From: Guillardia theta CCMP2712
Lineage: Eukaryota > Protista > Cryptophyta
DNA length: 64,000 bases
Assembly (NCBI RefSeq): GCF_000315625.1
Contig: NW_005434654.1
Location: 314,273 to 378,272 of the forward strand
Direction of reading: 5' to 3'
Made by a program: the position numbers and the translations under genes. Numbering within the stretch: the stretch's first letter is position 1; every line of letters starts with the position of its first letter. Of this stretch, positions 47,072-60,096 are shown piece after piece. Below the pieces are notes generated by a model that made no database searches, was not told where the DNA came from, and was given only the letters and a program-made list of their open reading frames with translations.

Positions 47072-50000
47072 TCTTACCGAACCCCCCCCCCCCTCCGCCC
47101 CTTTTCTTCTCCTTTTTCTCTTCCTTTTGTTCCTCCCTCTTCTTCCTCCGCCTCGTACTGATGAACTTCTCTCCTCTGCTTCCCTCTAGGTATCTCATGT
47201 TCCCCGTCGCTGTGCTGATCTTGATCCTCCGCTACGTCGGCAACATGAGGGTGGTCAACAACTTCATCTCCCGGTGAGGAGGGAGGAGCTGCTGCTTCCT
47301 CGAGTCTCACTCTACATCGCAGCTATGTCGATGCATGCACCATGACTGACCTCGGGCTGGCGCTCAAGGACGAGGAGGAGGATTTCTCTCCCGACCTTCT
47401 CGGTGACGCTATCCTGGTCGCCGTCTTGGGAGGTCAGGCTCGTCGGTTCTCCAAGGCGGCAGCTGCGCAGGCAGCAGCGGTGATGCGGTCCAAGTGGATT
47501 CTTGCATGGAATGAGCTTCTCTTCCTCTTTGGGGTCATGAGCTTGCATCTCTCCTTGTACTACGCGGGCAGCCGCGATCAGTCCGTCCTCTCCTTTCTCT
47601 ACGTCCTCCTCAACGTTGTCTTCCTGCTCCAGCCCTGCTGGGTCAGGAGATGGTACATCCTCCCCCTCCTGCTGGCGCAGGCGATCTGCGTGCTCAAGGC
47701 TCTCGTGCAGTTCTGCAACTTGCAGGGGTGGATGAGGAGGGTGGATGAGGATTGCTTCAGGAGCGAGCAGAGGAGCTTGTGCGACTGGGTTGGGGTAGAC
47801 GTGAAGGAGATCTCTCAACCGGATTTCATGCCTGACATGCTGCATGCTGACGTCTTGGTCATGGTCGCGTCCATCGTGTGCGCCATCAGCTTCCGGCTCA
47901 AGGAAGAGGACTGCAGCGAGCACCTGAGCTTCCTCGGCAGCATCTCCACGACAGTCACCTTCAAGATGATCGTCGCCTCCCTCCTCCTCTCCTCCCACGT
48001 GGCGCAGGACATGCTCTGCCTGCTCTCACTATGCGCCTTCCTGGTCTCCTGCTACTTCATCACAGAGACGTACGTGCGGCGCTCCTGGTGGGTCTACATC
48101 AAGTTGTTCTTCGCCTTCCTGCTGGTGGTGCACAGGGTTACAGTCACCATGTTCTACGCTCCCTTCCCCAACGTCTTCGGCTCTTTCCAGCTCTCCTGTA
48201 TCAACTTCTGGTTCGGCATCATCCCAGGGTGGCAGGTGGATGAGGAGCTGATCAACCTCGCCGTCTTCATCCCCATGCTGTTCATCTCTCTCCACGAGAC
48301 GCGTCTGCTCCAGTCGGACGAGAGGCACAGCAGGAGGCTTCATTCGAGGAGCGCCGAGTCCAAGAACCTCTCCGTCTTCCCGCTCGGCGACGAGGAGGGG
48401 AAAGTTGAACCTGACGCTCAGAGCATCGGGCGCGAGTCGAGCATCCTGAGCCCGACGATCTGGATCTCATGGACGACGGCACAGGTTGCACCCTCCCTCC
48501 CTTCTCTCCTTCTTCCCCTTTCTCGTCCTCGTCCTCATCCTCGTCCTCGTCCTCGTCTCCTCTTCCACCTCTTCTTCCTCCTTGCACTTCACCTTCTCTC
48601 AACTTTCTCCCTCCTCCTTTCCCCTTCCTCTCTTCTCCTCACGCTCTCAACAGATCCTCATCGGCATCGCCCTCCTCGTCTTCTTCGGCCTCTTCTCCGG
48701 GTCACTCAGGTCGAGCAGCAGTCGCTTGCCCCTGTCGTCATCGTCTGGACCATCCTCCTCGCCCTCTACCTCCAGTCCTGCATCCGCAAGCTCTGCCAGC
48801 GTCTCCAGTTCCTCCTCTGCATCCTCCTCGTCCTCGATGCCATCTTTCAGATCCCCATCTCCATCTTCTACGAGCAGAACAACCGCTTCCTCCCGGAGCC
48901 GCACGCCAGCTCCTACAACACCTCAGGTGCCGTCGTCTACCACGACGTCTGCCTCAGCAACGCCACCGCCCTCTCGAGGATGGCGCAGGCAGCTGGGGTC
49001 AGCATATCCCGCGGCTCCGTCGCACTCTCCCCCATCGTTGCCTTCCTCGTCCTCCTGCTCCTCCAGTACCTCCTCCAGTCCGACTGGTACCAGACGCTGG
49101 AGGAGGAGGTGCTTGCCGAATCGAAGTTCGCCCACCAGCGGGGGGACGAGTGGATCAGCGCGGAGAGAAGGAGGCGGGCTGCCGCCATCGCAGCCGGCCG
49201 GGCGGCGCTGAAGAGGAGCCGGCAGAGGGTGCAGGAGCTTCGCTCCCTGATCTCGACGACTATGCGGGAAGCAGATCGGGGGAGCATGTTGTGGAACACA
49301 ACACCTACGGGCCAGTCGACGATGAAGTCAGCTGCCGCAAATTTCATCGAGACCCTGCAGAGGGAGTCATCCTCCGCCTTTACTGACGTGCCGGGGGAGA
49401 GGAATCAGTCGGACCAGTCGTCAAGCTCGGAGGAGGAGGAGGAGAGGGGGAGGTCCTGGCTGTCGTTTCTGGCTCGTTGGATCCTCCTCCTCCTCCTGCG
49501 CATCTTTGACGTCTCAGAAGGTAAAATCTTGTACTACCAGTCGAAGTCCTTTTGTTGCCCTCCTTCCTCCTCCTTTCTCCCTCCACCTTCCTCCTTCCTC
49601 CTTCCCCCTTCCCCCTTCCTCCTTCCTCCTTCCCCCTTCCTCCTTCCTCCTTCCCCCTTCCTCCTTCCCTCTCCGTCTTCTCTCTCCCTCCTGTCCCTCG
49701 TTCCCTTGCTCCTTCCCTCCCTCCTCCCTCCTCCCTCTCCTCCTCTCGCTTACCATCACCCTGACACCATCGAGCAGGTCAGAGCGCGACCAAGAGGGAG
49801 CCGTCCCGCAGCCTCTCGCAGCTGTGGAGTGAAGTCTGTCAGAACTGCGCCGCCTGGTTCAGCACCCGCACCCACCTCACCTGCTACGCTGCTCTTGTGC
49901 TCTACCATGCTCTCCACTGCAACCCTGCCAGCAGCCTCCTCCTCCTCTTCACCCTGTGCATGGCGGCGCTGCAGGAGCCCTTCCCAGCTCGCTGGTACTG

Positions 50001-52229
50001 GAATGTTGCGATGCTCTACCTCTCAGCGCTCATCGCTCTCAAGACCTCCCTCCAGCTACTGCAGAGCAGGGTCTGCGAGGGGGGAGGAAGCAGCACGTGG
50101 GAATGCGACTTCTTCTTCCCTGCCTGGAGAGACTTCGCGGGCGAATGGAACAACTTGGGCTTCTTCGAGTTCGCTACCCTCCTCGTCCTCGTCGCTCATC
50201 GCGCCAACATGCAGCACCGCGGCTTGTAAGAACAACACCCTGTCTCCTCACTGCTGGCAGCTTGCCTTACATCCTCACCTAAAGTCTCCTCATGCTCTAT
50301 CTTCTTCCCTTCTTCCCCCACCTCCTCTCCATCTCACCTCCTCCCTGTCTCCCTTCCTCTCCCTCCTTCTCTCCTTCTCACCTCCTCTCCGTCCCCTTCC
50401 TCTCCCTCCTCTCTCCATCTCTCGCCTTTCTCCTCTGTTCTTCTGCTCCGCTCTTGCTGCTGCTTCTTCTCAGTGCCTTGCAGGTGGCGAGATATTGGTC
50501 CAGACGATCTCAAACCAGATGAAGATCAGCTGCGTGAAGAATCTCCGCAGGTGCGACGGCGATCCTCCTCCTCACCACCACCACTTTCTCCTCCTCACCA
50601 CCACAACTTTCTCCTTCTCTATCCCTCCCTCCTTCATAGGTTTCAATCGCTCTCCTTATCGTTCTTGTTCGAGAACGTAATTGACCTAGTTGCGTTTGTT
50701 TTCCACTGCTTGCCTGCTCAATCCCCTCCCCCTCCCCTCCCTCCCCTCCCTCCCCTCCTCCCCTCCTCCCCTCCTCCCCTCCTCCCCTCCTCCCTCCTCC
50801 CTCCCTCCTCGTTGCTCATATCGTGATTGTCTCAACTTTTGCAGGAGAACGTCAAGGATGTCCCAGAAGGGCTCAACATCCTCGCCAGCAAGCCTCTGCG
50901 CCAGTCGCTCGCCCAGGGCAGCCTCCACTCTCCCGTCCCCTCCCCCGCCAAGAGCCGCAAGTCAGACAAGAGCCCTTCCGCCCGCACGGCCACCGACAGC
51001 GGCACGAAGAGCAAGGAGCGGAGCTCGTCCATGGTGTGGATCCCTGACCACTCGCTGGGGGAACGGGGTTGGCATCGACCTGTACATGCTGACCGTCTCC
51101 CCGGAGCTCCTCTCCCTCCTCGCATTCTTCGTTGGCCTCGTCCTCTCCGGCTCCGGCTCCGACAGCAAGCTGCACACCGTGCTGCAAGGGAGCGTGGTGG
51201 ACTGGCAGACGCTCAGCTGGGTATTCCTTGCCTTCCTGCAATTCGTCCTCATCGTCCTGGACCGCGTCCTCTACCTCCGGAGGTCTATCAGGGTCAAGAC
51301 GATCGTGCAGCTCGTTACCCTCCTCTTCTTCTTCTCCCTGCTCTTCATGCGCATGCGGCAGCCTTGGCTCACGGACAACTTCGCCTTCATCCTCATCCTC
51401 TACTTCTTCAAGTGCTGGTACTGGATCGCGTCTGCTATCCAGATCAGGAGGGGATATCCCATCATGACAGGCGGCAACGTGTTCTTCCGTGACTTCTCTT
51501 TCGTCAACTTCGTCCTCTACATCGCCTACTCCGGCACTCCGTTCCTCCACGACATGAGGAGCATGCTCGACTGGACCTGCACAGCCACGACCCTCGACTT
51601 CTTCCAGTGGATGAGGATGGAGAACATTTACGCCGTCCTCTTCCAGCGGGAAGTCACCCTGTCGTACAGGAGGAAGCTCGGGCGAGCCTTCGGCTTCGCT
51701 CAGCCATGGCAGATCAAGCTCTACACCGGCGTACTCTACTTCGCCGGCCTCGCCCTCGTCATCTGGGGCCCGCTGCTCGTCTCTGTGGTCTCCTCCAAGT
51801 ATGCCTCCCCGAAGACTGTCCCCATCATCGGGGTCAGCATGGAGATCTCGCTAGCAACCTCCATGGGCGACGTCTTCTCCCTCTCCTCCCTCTCCGCCTT
51901 CGAGCAAGTGCCTGTGCTCGTCTCCGACGATTGTCCCTCCGGCCCCTTCTATGACGTCACTTCCTGGCTTCCTCCTGAACCCCAGGACAGCGCCGTCCAG
52001 TCCCTCCAAGCAGAGTGCGTGATGAAGGACAGCTTCGCCAAGATCTTCATGTCCTCTGAGAGTGACGTGTGGCTGCCCACACCCAAGAGGAAGAAGCAGC
52101 TCATGGACGCCCTCGCGTCCAACGGCACCGCCATATCTCTCCTCGTCCAGGTCTCCTCCTCCTCCTCCTCCTCCTCATCATCATCATCATCATCATCATC
52201 ATGATCATCTCTTCTTCTTCTTCTTCTTC

Positions 52230-52267
<38 letters not shown>

Positions 52268-54450
52268 TCTCGCTACCTCCTGACGCGCAACCTCCAGCTC
52301 GTCTACACGCGCAACACCAGCGGGATAACGCAGAGCTCGGGGCAAGGGACGCAGTTTCAGACCTCAGTGATGCAGGAGCATCGTAGTACATCCCTCACCG
52401 ACGCTGGTTGAACCTCCTACCTCTCCTTCCTGCTCTGTTTCTTTTCTTCCCTTGGATGCTTTCTCCTCCCATGCACTCCCTCCTTCACTTTCCTTCTTGC
52501 CCTGTTCCTCCTGACGTCCATTTCTCTCCTCTCTTCCTCTCCTTCCTCCTCCTCTCCCNNNNNNNNNNNNNNNNNNNNNNNNNNNNNNNNNNNNNNNNNN
52601 NNNNNNNNNNNNNNNNNNNNNNNNNNNNNNNNNNNNNNNNNNNNNNNNNNNNNNNNNNNNNNNNNNNNNNNNNNNNNNNNNNNNNNNNNNNNNNNNNNNN
52701 NNNNNNNNNNNNNNNNNNNNNNNNNNNNNNNNNNNNNNNNNNNNNNNNNNNNNNNNNNNNNNNNNNNNNNNNNNNNNNNNNNNNNNNNNNNNNNNNNNNN
52801 NNNNNNNNNNNNNNNNNNNNNNNNNNNNNNNNNNNNNNNNNNNNNNNNNNNNNNNNNNNNNNNNNNNNNNNNNNNNNNNNNNNNNNNNNNNNNNNNNNNN
52901 NNNNNNNNNNNNNNNNNNNNNNNNNNNNNNNNNNNNNNNNNNNNNNNNNNNNNNNNNNNNNNNNNNNNNNNNNNNNNNNNNNNNNNNNNNNNNNNNNNNN
53001 NNNNNNNNNNNNNNNNNNNNNNNNNNNNNNNNNNNNNNNNNNNNNNNNNNNNNNNNNNNNNNNNNNNNNNNNNNNNNNNNNNNNNNNNNNNNNNNNNNNN
53101 NNNNNNNNNNNNNNNNNNNNNNNNNNNNNNNNNNNNNNNNNNNNNNNNNNNNNNNNNNNNNNNNNNNNNNNNNNNNNNNNNNNNNNNNNNNNNNNNNNNN
53201 NNNNNNNNNNNNNNNNNNNNNNNNNNNNNNNNNNNNNNNNNNNNNNNNNNNNNNNNNNNNNNNTCCTCCTCCTCCTCCTCCCCCCCCCCCCCCCCCCCCA
53301 CCCTCCTCTCCTCCCCCTCTTCCTCCTTCCCTCCTCTAACGTTCCCTCCTGCAGAGACCGACCAGCTGGAGGACATTCTCTTGAAAGGAGCAGGATCCCT
53401 CGTCCTCTCCAACGTCTTCTCCCCCTTCGTCAAGCTTCTCTCCGACGCCGCGTCTCCCCTCCGCTACGGAGAGACTAAGTGGCTGCAGGGAGTGAACCTC
53501 TCGCTCAGTCGCTCCTCCGAGGGCGGCAGCTCCTTCCAGTGGTGGTCCATCTGCTGCGATTCCTCCTCCTCCTACTGCAGACAGTCTGAGCAGGACGAGC
53601 CCTCCTGCGGCTCTATCTGGTTCCTTACAGCAAGCGAGCCTGCAAGCGGTCCGTTGGAGGAGAGGAGCAGGGGGGACAGAGGGGGGGTAAGGGAAAAGAG
53701 GGAGTAGAAGGAGGGAGGAGGAGGAGACGGAGACGAAGAGGGAGTGACTTGTGTGGGCAGGAGGAGTGTTCAGCAAGTTTGGACTCTCTCTCATCACCAT
53801 CTACACCATCTTCGTCTTGTACATTGGTAACGCAAGTCATGCTTCCTCCTACTTCCTCCTCTCCACTCCTCCTCCCTCCCCTCTCCCTCCTTCCCACCTT
53901 TCCTATCTCAGTCCCTCCTTCCTCCTTCCTCCCCTCTCTTCCTACCCGCCTCTTCCTTCCTCCCCTCTTGTCTCTTCTTCACTAGTCCTTTCTCCTTCCC
54001 CCGTTCGCTCCTCATGCTACTCAGGTCGGGTGGTCCGGGCGGCGAACTCGGGGGACGTGGTCTACACCATCTACACGGAGCTGCGAGACACCAGCAAGCT
54101 CTGGACCCTCAGCAACGACGTGTACACGGCAAGGAACCATGGGGACCTTATGCTCGAGGAGGAGCTCTACTCCATGCTCATCGACATCTTCCGCAGCCCT
54201 GAGACTCTCATGCAGGTCCGGCGCGACCCGTCCGCTCCTCCCCCCTCCCTCCTCCTCTTCCTCCTCCCCTCCTCCCCTCCTCCTCTGTCTTGTCGCTAGC
54301 TGCTCGCTCCTTCTCTTCCTTGTCCCGCCCTCTCGCTCTTACTTTGCGGCATCTTCTCTTGCCCGGCTACTTTCGTCTTCCTCCTCGTCTCTGACGCTTG
54401 TTGGTCAGTTGAGCTCCGACGACAACAGCGATGTGAATGCCGAGAGGTGA
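43881..54450 (+). CDS. PIEZO: Piezo mechanosensitive ion channel (multi-exon, spans a gap)
   Basis: Many TM segments; LDRVLYL, SAIQIRRGYP, PFLHDMRSMLDWTCTATTL..WMRMENIY, IWGPLL and the C-terminal YTELRD...LEEELYSMLIDIFRSPETLM. Confidence 0.93.
52151..52268. repeat. Compound trinucleotide microsatellite (TCC/TCA/TCT) in a Piezo intron
   Basis: Directly visible, immediately after the CAG|GT donor at ~52151. Confidence 0.85.
52559..53263. other. Assembly gap
   Basis: Run of N flanked by pyrimidine-rich sequence. Confidence 1.
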
Positions 54451-54671
54451 AAGCGAATGTCAAGGGAGTCTGTTTGTATTATAGAACACAAGTGCTATCA
54501 CGTTATGCCTTATCTCATTCTTTGTAATGAATAATATGACCGCATCCTCTTCCTCGTCCCCCACGTCCGCTCTTCCTTGAAACGTTCTTCCTCCCTTCCC
54601 TCCCTTCCCTCCCTTCCCTCGTCTTCTCGTCCCTCCCTCCTCTTCTTCCTCCTCCCATTCCCTCCCCTCCT

Positions 54672-56661
54672 TCATTCCACATTCAAAGGTCCTCCAGCAG
54701 CCTTTCCCCCGTAATAGCGCCATCCAAGTCCAGCTGCTCGCATCACCTGCAGCACGACCAGTCCGCTCCAAACGCCGTCGATGCCTTCACCGGCGAGGAG
54801 CACGAGGAGGGAGGAGGCGGCAGCGACGAACATCGCCTTGGTGAGGAATGCGAAGTCCTCGCTGCCTTGCAGGATGCCATCCCCGACGAATACCAGCGCG
54901 TTGATCGGCTGCATGACGGAGATGTAGAGGAGGAGGTGCTGAACAATCTCGTCCACCTTGGCATCAGCAGTGAATACCTTGGGGAGGAAGCTGGAAGAAG
55001 CGAGGAAGGCGAGCATGAGCAAGAGACCGATCTGAGCTGCTAGGGTCGTCAGTCTGTCTGCGATAACTCGTGCATCCCGCTTGCTCCCCTTGCCCAGCTC
55101 CTCAGCGATCAGAGTCTGGGCCGCCACAGCCAGCGAGTCGACAGCGAAGGACATGAGGAGCCAAACTTGCAGGCCGACCTGATGAGCAGCAACTGCCTCC
55201 GTCCCTGTGCGAGCTGCTTGACTAGTAGCGAAGGTCAAAACCTGCGCGATGGAGCGAAAGTGAGACTGGGGATTGACATCGCTCCTTGAACCTTCTGCCA
55301 ACTCCTTCCTCCTCCGTCTCCTCCACCTCAACTTCCCTCTACTCCTCCTCACCGATTGTAAAGCAATAGATCTCAGAAACACTGCTCCGCTTGCCACCAG
55401 CAGCGGCTTCACCTCCTCCAAGGGCACCAGGTTGTTCATGACTCGAACTCCCTTGCTCACCTGCACGTCCGCTAGTCAGCACCATCCACATGCTCGTCTC
55501 TGCCATGAAGACGGCTAGCTGGCATCGACATGAGGGAGCTCGTTACCGCTTCACGTTGGCGCAGCGTTCCCATGAAGAGCCCAGCTGAAATCCACTCGGC
55601 GATGGCAGTGGCAAGCCCGGCGCCCTGTGATAGGTTCGCAACGGCAGCTCCTCCTCTCGCATGCTCCCCCCCCCAGCCCCCCCCCCCCCCCCAAAAAAAC
55701 CACCCCCACCACACACACACACCTCGACTCCCATCGGCTGAACGATGTCGACTGAGTTGATGTTCACCCCATAGATGAAGAGAGGGTCCAGCACGAAGTT
55801 GACCAGGTTGGCCACCAACAAGATCAGCAGAGGAGTCCTGGTATCCTGCAGCCCTCGGAAAGCTCCATTGCCAACTGAGGAGAGCTGCGGCATGCAAGAG
55901 CTCGATCAGACGTCGACAACATGGGTCTCAACACGGCAAACTTCACCAAGACAGCAGGAGCGGCAAGGGCTCGGATCCTGAGGTAACCCTCGGCGGACGC
56001 GAAGGCGTCGGGACTCGTTCCCATACTCTCTATGATGCCGTGCGAGAAGAACTCGAGTAGGCCCACAGTGCTAACACCCAACAGCGCTGCTGCCGTCAGC
56101 GCCTGCGCCAGCGTCTCGGCAGCCTCCTCCTTCTCCCCAGCCGCCAGCGCCCGTGAGATAAGGGGAGTGGTTGCAGTCGCAAAGAAGTTGAAGATGAAAA
56201 AAGCTGGAAAACACAGCAACTCACATTATGAGATCGTCGTCTACATCGTCACTCCTACCATAGTTGAAGATGGAAGAACAAACGCCAAGAGCAGCAAGGG
56301 GAGAAGGTGATGGAATTCTACCAAGATACAGAGTGTCCACCAGGCCGAGAAGCGGGTCGATGGCCAAGGAACCAAGTGCTGGGATCGCGAGAGAGAAGAT
56401 GCGGTTGTCGATATCAGCCCTGTCTGTCTGCTGACACATGCTCGGAGCTTGCCACTTCGGTCGGCAGCTTGCTTCCCGCGAAGTCAATGCAGAAGAGGGG
56501 TACCTCCCCTTCAATGGGGAGACCCTCGAACCTCCCAGTCGCTTCCCTTGATCCAGCAGCCAGCTCTCTCTCATCGGCATTGTTTGCCAGCATGTCGGCA
56601 TCCCCTCTGTCGCCGCTGCCATCGCCGCTACAGCCAGGAGCGTCGTCCTGCTGCTCACCAT
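54672..56661 (-). CDS. MATE efflux transporter (DinF-like), with N-terminal signal/transit peptide
   Basis: LAIPALGSLAIDPLLGLVDTLYLG, GAFRGLQDTRTPL, AAHQVGLQVWLLMSFAVDSLAVAAQ and QPINALVFVGDGIL. Confidence 0.92.
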
Positions 56662-56699
56662 GGCAGGAATCGTTTGCATGTACCTCATGACCCATAGGG

Positions 56700-56885
56700 T
56701 TCTATTCAGAACAAGTGGGGTGGTAAGTAGCAAAGAAGACAGGGTGAAGGGGGGGTGGGGGTGAACCCAAGAAAATCCCGAACCAACACCATCCCTACCC
56801 CCCGATTCCACACAAAACTACCCATCACAATTACCCCACCCCTCATGGATAGTCAAAAATACCCCTCATGGTAACACCCCAGTGT
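56700..56885. promoter_or_regulatory. Putative bidirectional promoter with GGGGT/ACCCC motif cluster (MATE / TraB)
   Basis: GGGGT/GGGT runs near MATE switch to ACCC(C) runs near TraB at ~56763. Confidence 0.45.
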
Positions 56886-56891
56886 ACTGCC

Positions 56892-58548
56892 ATGGGGCCG
56901 TCGTGGATGCTGGTAGCTGTTGTGCTGAACTCGTATGCAGTTCGAGGAGGAAGTGCCTTCCTCTCTCCCTCCCTCCTCTCTCCGGTTGGTCCAACTGGAT
57001 CCCTCTCCCTGAGACGGGCATGCACGACCCAAGCACCCCCCCTTCGCCCGACTCATAAGTCCTTGTTGGTGTGCTCTAGTCAGGAGCAGAGCACGGCTGC
57101 TGCGATTTCAAGGAGATCTTTTCTTGCCGGCTTGATCATTGCAGCGCCTACGAGCCAAGGCTTCTTCTCGTATGCATTTGCTGAGAATGAAGGTGGATAT
57201 CTAATATTCAAATGTTCCGATAGTGACCCCAGTGAATAGATCAAGCTTCAAAAGTCCTGTGCGATCAGGCTATCAGTAAGCTTGTGAATCCGCAGACGAA
57301 GCAAGAAGTATACATTGTGGGGACCGCTCATATCTCAGAAATCAGTGCTGATCTCGTAAAGAATGTCATAACTCTTGTGAAACCGGACACTATCATGGTG
57401 GAGCTCGATGAAAGTCGCCTCCGCAGGTGTGCTGTCGTTGTCTCAATGTAGCTGTGTGTGCCATCTGACTCATTCCGGCTCTCTAGGAGTGCAGGCAACA
57501 GGGAGGGACCAAAGTCAGTCTGGGATGTCATCTGGGGCCAGTGGAAGCGATCCGACTTGAGCTTAGGTAATTCAAACCATTCTTCAACCCTACAACCCAA
57601 AGGCTAGGAAACTCTGACGACCTCGAAACCCAACTTCTCCAAACATCGTGTATGTGCTGATATGTTCCCCCAAAGGCGACAAGATACACAATGTCGAGGC
57701 CGGGATCATCGGGGTAGCCATCGGGTCGCTCTATCAGAAATTGAACAAGATGGGCTTCAGCAGCGGTAAAGAGTTTGCAACGGCGATCAGCGAGGCGAAG
57801 GTGATTGAATCATCTACTATGGAGAGGTGCTCACAACCCTGTCTGAAGGCCTTGAATGCGAACCTCGTCTTGGGCGATCGCCCGGTGAACGAGACGTTGA
57901 TTCGCCTGCAGCAGTCGATCGACAAGACGGGGTGGAGCCAGGTGCAGGCGTTTGCCAGGTCGTACCATTTGTTATGCCGGAGACTGCATGGTCTGAAAGA
58001 AGTTCCAGTTCGCAATCTTTGCTTCCTGAAGCCTCTGCGTTGAGCAAGACGATGGAATCCGAATTTGTAACATTGCTTGTCGTGTTCGATGGTTTCCAAC
58101 TCAATCTATGTGTTAGGACAAGGGTGACAAGGGTGACAATGCTGCCATTGCAAATACTATTGAGGTAAGAGACACTGAATTTCTACATGCTGGATCGAGC
58201 TCGCTGCAATCTGACTTCACTCCCGGCCAGATGTTGAAGGAAAGGAGGACTGTACGGGGCATCATGCAGGTCAGAGGAGTATTGAGGATCTCTTATGATG
58301 ACAATCAGTGCAGACTTTGAAAGAGAACTTGCCTGAAGTGTACACGGCTCTCATAGGAGAAAGAGACCAGTACATGGCCAACTCACTCTTGAAAGCGAAT
58401 GGCAGGACGACAGTCGCTGTGGTTGGAATGGTATGAGAGCTTCCATTCTCACGCTTGAGTGTAAACATTTGACTATCAGGCTCACATGGATGGTATAGAG
58501 GCACATCTACCAGGCTTCGTCCCAACTACCTGTGATGTTCGGCCTTGA
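56892..58548 (+). CDS. TraB/PrgY/GumN-domain protein, probably plastid-targeted
   Basis: VYIVGTAHIS, PDTIMVELDESR, GKEFATA, LGDRPVNETL, ERDQYMA and VAVVGMAHMDGI; signal peptide ending GSAF. Confidence 0.88.
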
Positions 58549-58806
58549 GAACTTGCTCCATATGGTTTCGCGGCTGTCTCCTTTGCACTAGAGTGCCAGG
58601 AATCTCTGCTTTCATGGTAGATCACCTCGTTGTAATGTAATATGGATTGAATAGAAGAGCGGATCATCATGCTTGAGCGTTTTGAATCTCGGGATTGGGG
58701 TTTTCTATGGGCTTGAGGGAACGAAAACGGACCCACGCCATGTCCTGCGTGAGAGCGGGAAAAAAAGAACTTGGGAGAAATGATCACTGATGTCGACGAT
58801 GATCAT

Positions 58807-59576
58807 TCAGTTGCTGTGCCCACGACAGACCCACCGCATATCAGCGTTGCGCTCCAACAACGTCAACTCGCTCGCACTCCTCCAGGTGCACTGGCAAGCG
58901 TAAGCGCAAAAACCTGATTGGTTGCTCGTCAGTGATGTGATGGAGCACAGCAAAGAAGGATGGCAGCACCTGATCTTGCCTTGAGCTTCTGCTTGAGCTT
59001 GTCGACATCTGGGTAGAAGTTTCGAAAGAAGAGATACTCGCAGTCGCTGTGCCACGTCATATCCTTGATGCGCAGGACATCGAAATCGCACTTGGTGCAT
59101 CGTAATCTGTCGCACGCCCTCCCCGGGGAGGAGCCAGTCTCATCCTTACTACCTCCCAAGTAAATCGCAACACACTTCCTCGTTCCGCCTGCGGATGTTT
59201 GTGACGGATCCGACTGGTTGGACTCGTTGGAATTCGTTGACGTAGCCGCCTGCTGCTCAGCAGCAACAGCCTTTGAGCCCCCTCCCAGGTCAAGATCTCT
59301 CTCCAGGTCATCAAGTAGCTCGTCTATCCCAGACTTTGTGGGCTGAGAAGTTGAAGCCGAAGCGTTCCTCGAGCGAGACGAGGGTTCCTGAACTCCATTT
59401 GAAACCGAATGCGACAGGTCGGACAGAAAGGATCGGCCCGAGGAGAGGTCTGGAGAGAGTGGGTCAGGGTCATAGGAGGAAGAGACAGGCTTGGCTTGGC
59501 TTGGAGGAGCACGAGAGGGAGGAGGGGAGGAGACGTCGATCTCCAGGTCCCTCAGCAGGCTGTCCAAGTCCGCCAT
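58807..59576 (-). CDS. CFAP418: Cilia- and flagella-associated protein 418 (C8orf37/RMP domain)
   Basis: MADLDSLL..., KC.AIYLGGS, ACDRLRCTKCDF.V, YLFFRNFYPD, AYACQCTWRS and WVCRGH. Confidence 0.9.
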
Positions 59577-59589
59577 TGCGCTCGACCTG

Positions 59590-60050
59590 AAGGGGGTTGG
59601 TGGTTTCCGGTTCGCTATGGGGGTGATACTATGCTGGGGTAGGTCCTATGACCCCAATACAGCACCATGTAAGCATATGGTAGGGTACTTGTTGGTCATC
59701 GATGGGGGTGAGTATAATGATTCGTCTAAGGTGAGGGGTAGGGTCTTTGAGGAATCGAGAGGGTGGTGGTAGAAGGGGTCCTCATTCCCATTGTGTACTA
59801 CGGGTATTGTTGGGAGTATTTATTAGGGGTGGGTAGAAGAACGAGGAAGAAGGGGTACTCAAGTGCCCAGGGTCATCCCATCGAGTGTGATTGTAAGAGA
59901 GGTGGGTGGGTGTGATATTTCTGTGGTAGGGGTATTTACACTATGACCGTGCTACCCTGTATAATCCAGGTAAAATACCCCCTCCTTAAAATACAGAAGG
60001 GGTACTGTCATTATGTGGTGGGCACTGGTTTGTCACATGGGGGTGGCAGA
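59590..60050. promoter_or_regulatory. Putative bidirectional promoter with dense GGGGT(A) motifs (CFAP418 / membrane protein)
   Basis: More than 10 GGGGT/GGGTA instances lie between divergent starts. Confidence 0.4.
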
Positions 60051-60096
60051 GAGGTGTGGAGGTTACATCCGTTACTTGCGAAGAGGCGCGGGAGGA

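Noticed and set aside
47342-50680. 1112-aa ORF with long Pro/Ser/Leu-rich tracts as a separate protein
   Set aside because: Read-through of stop-free pyrimidine-rich introns within the Piezo gene.
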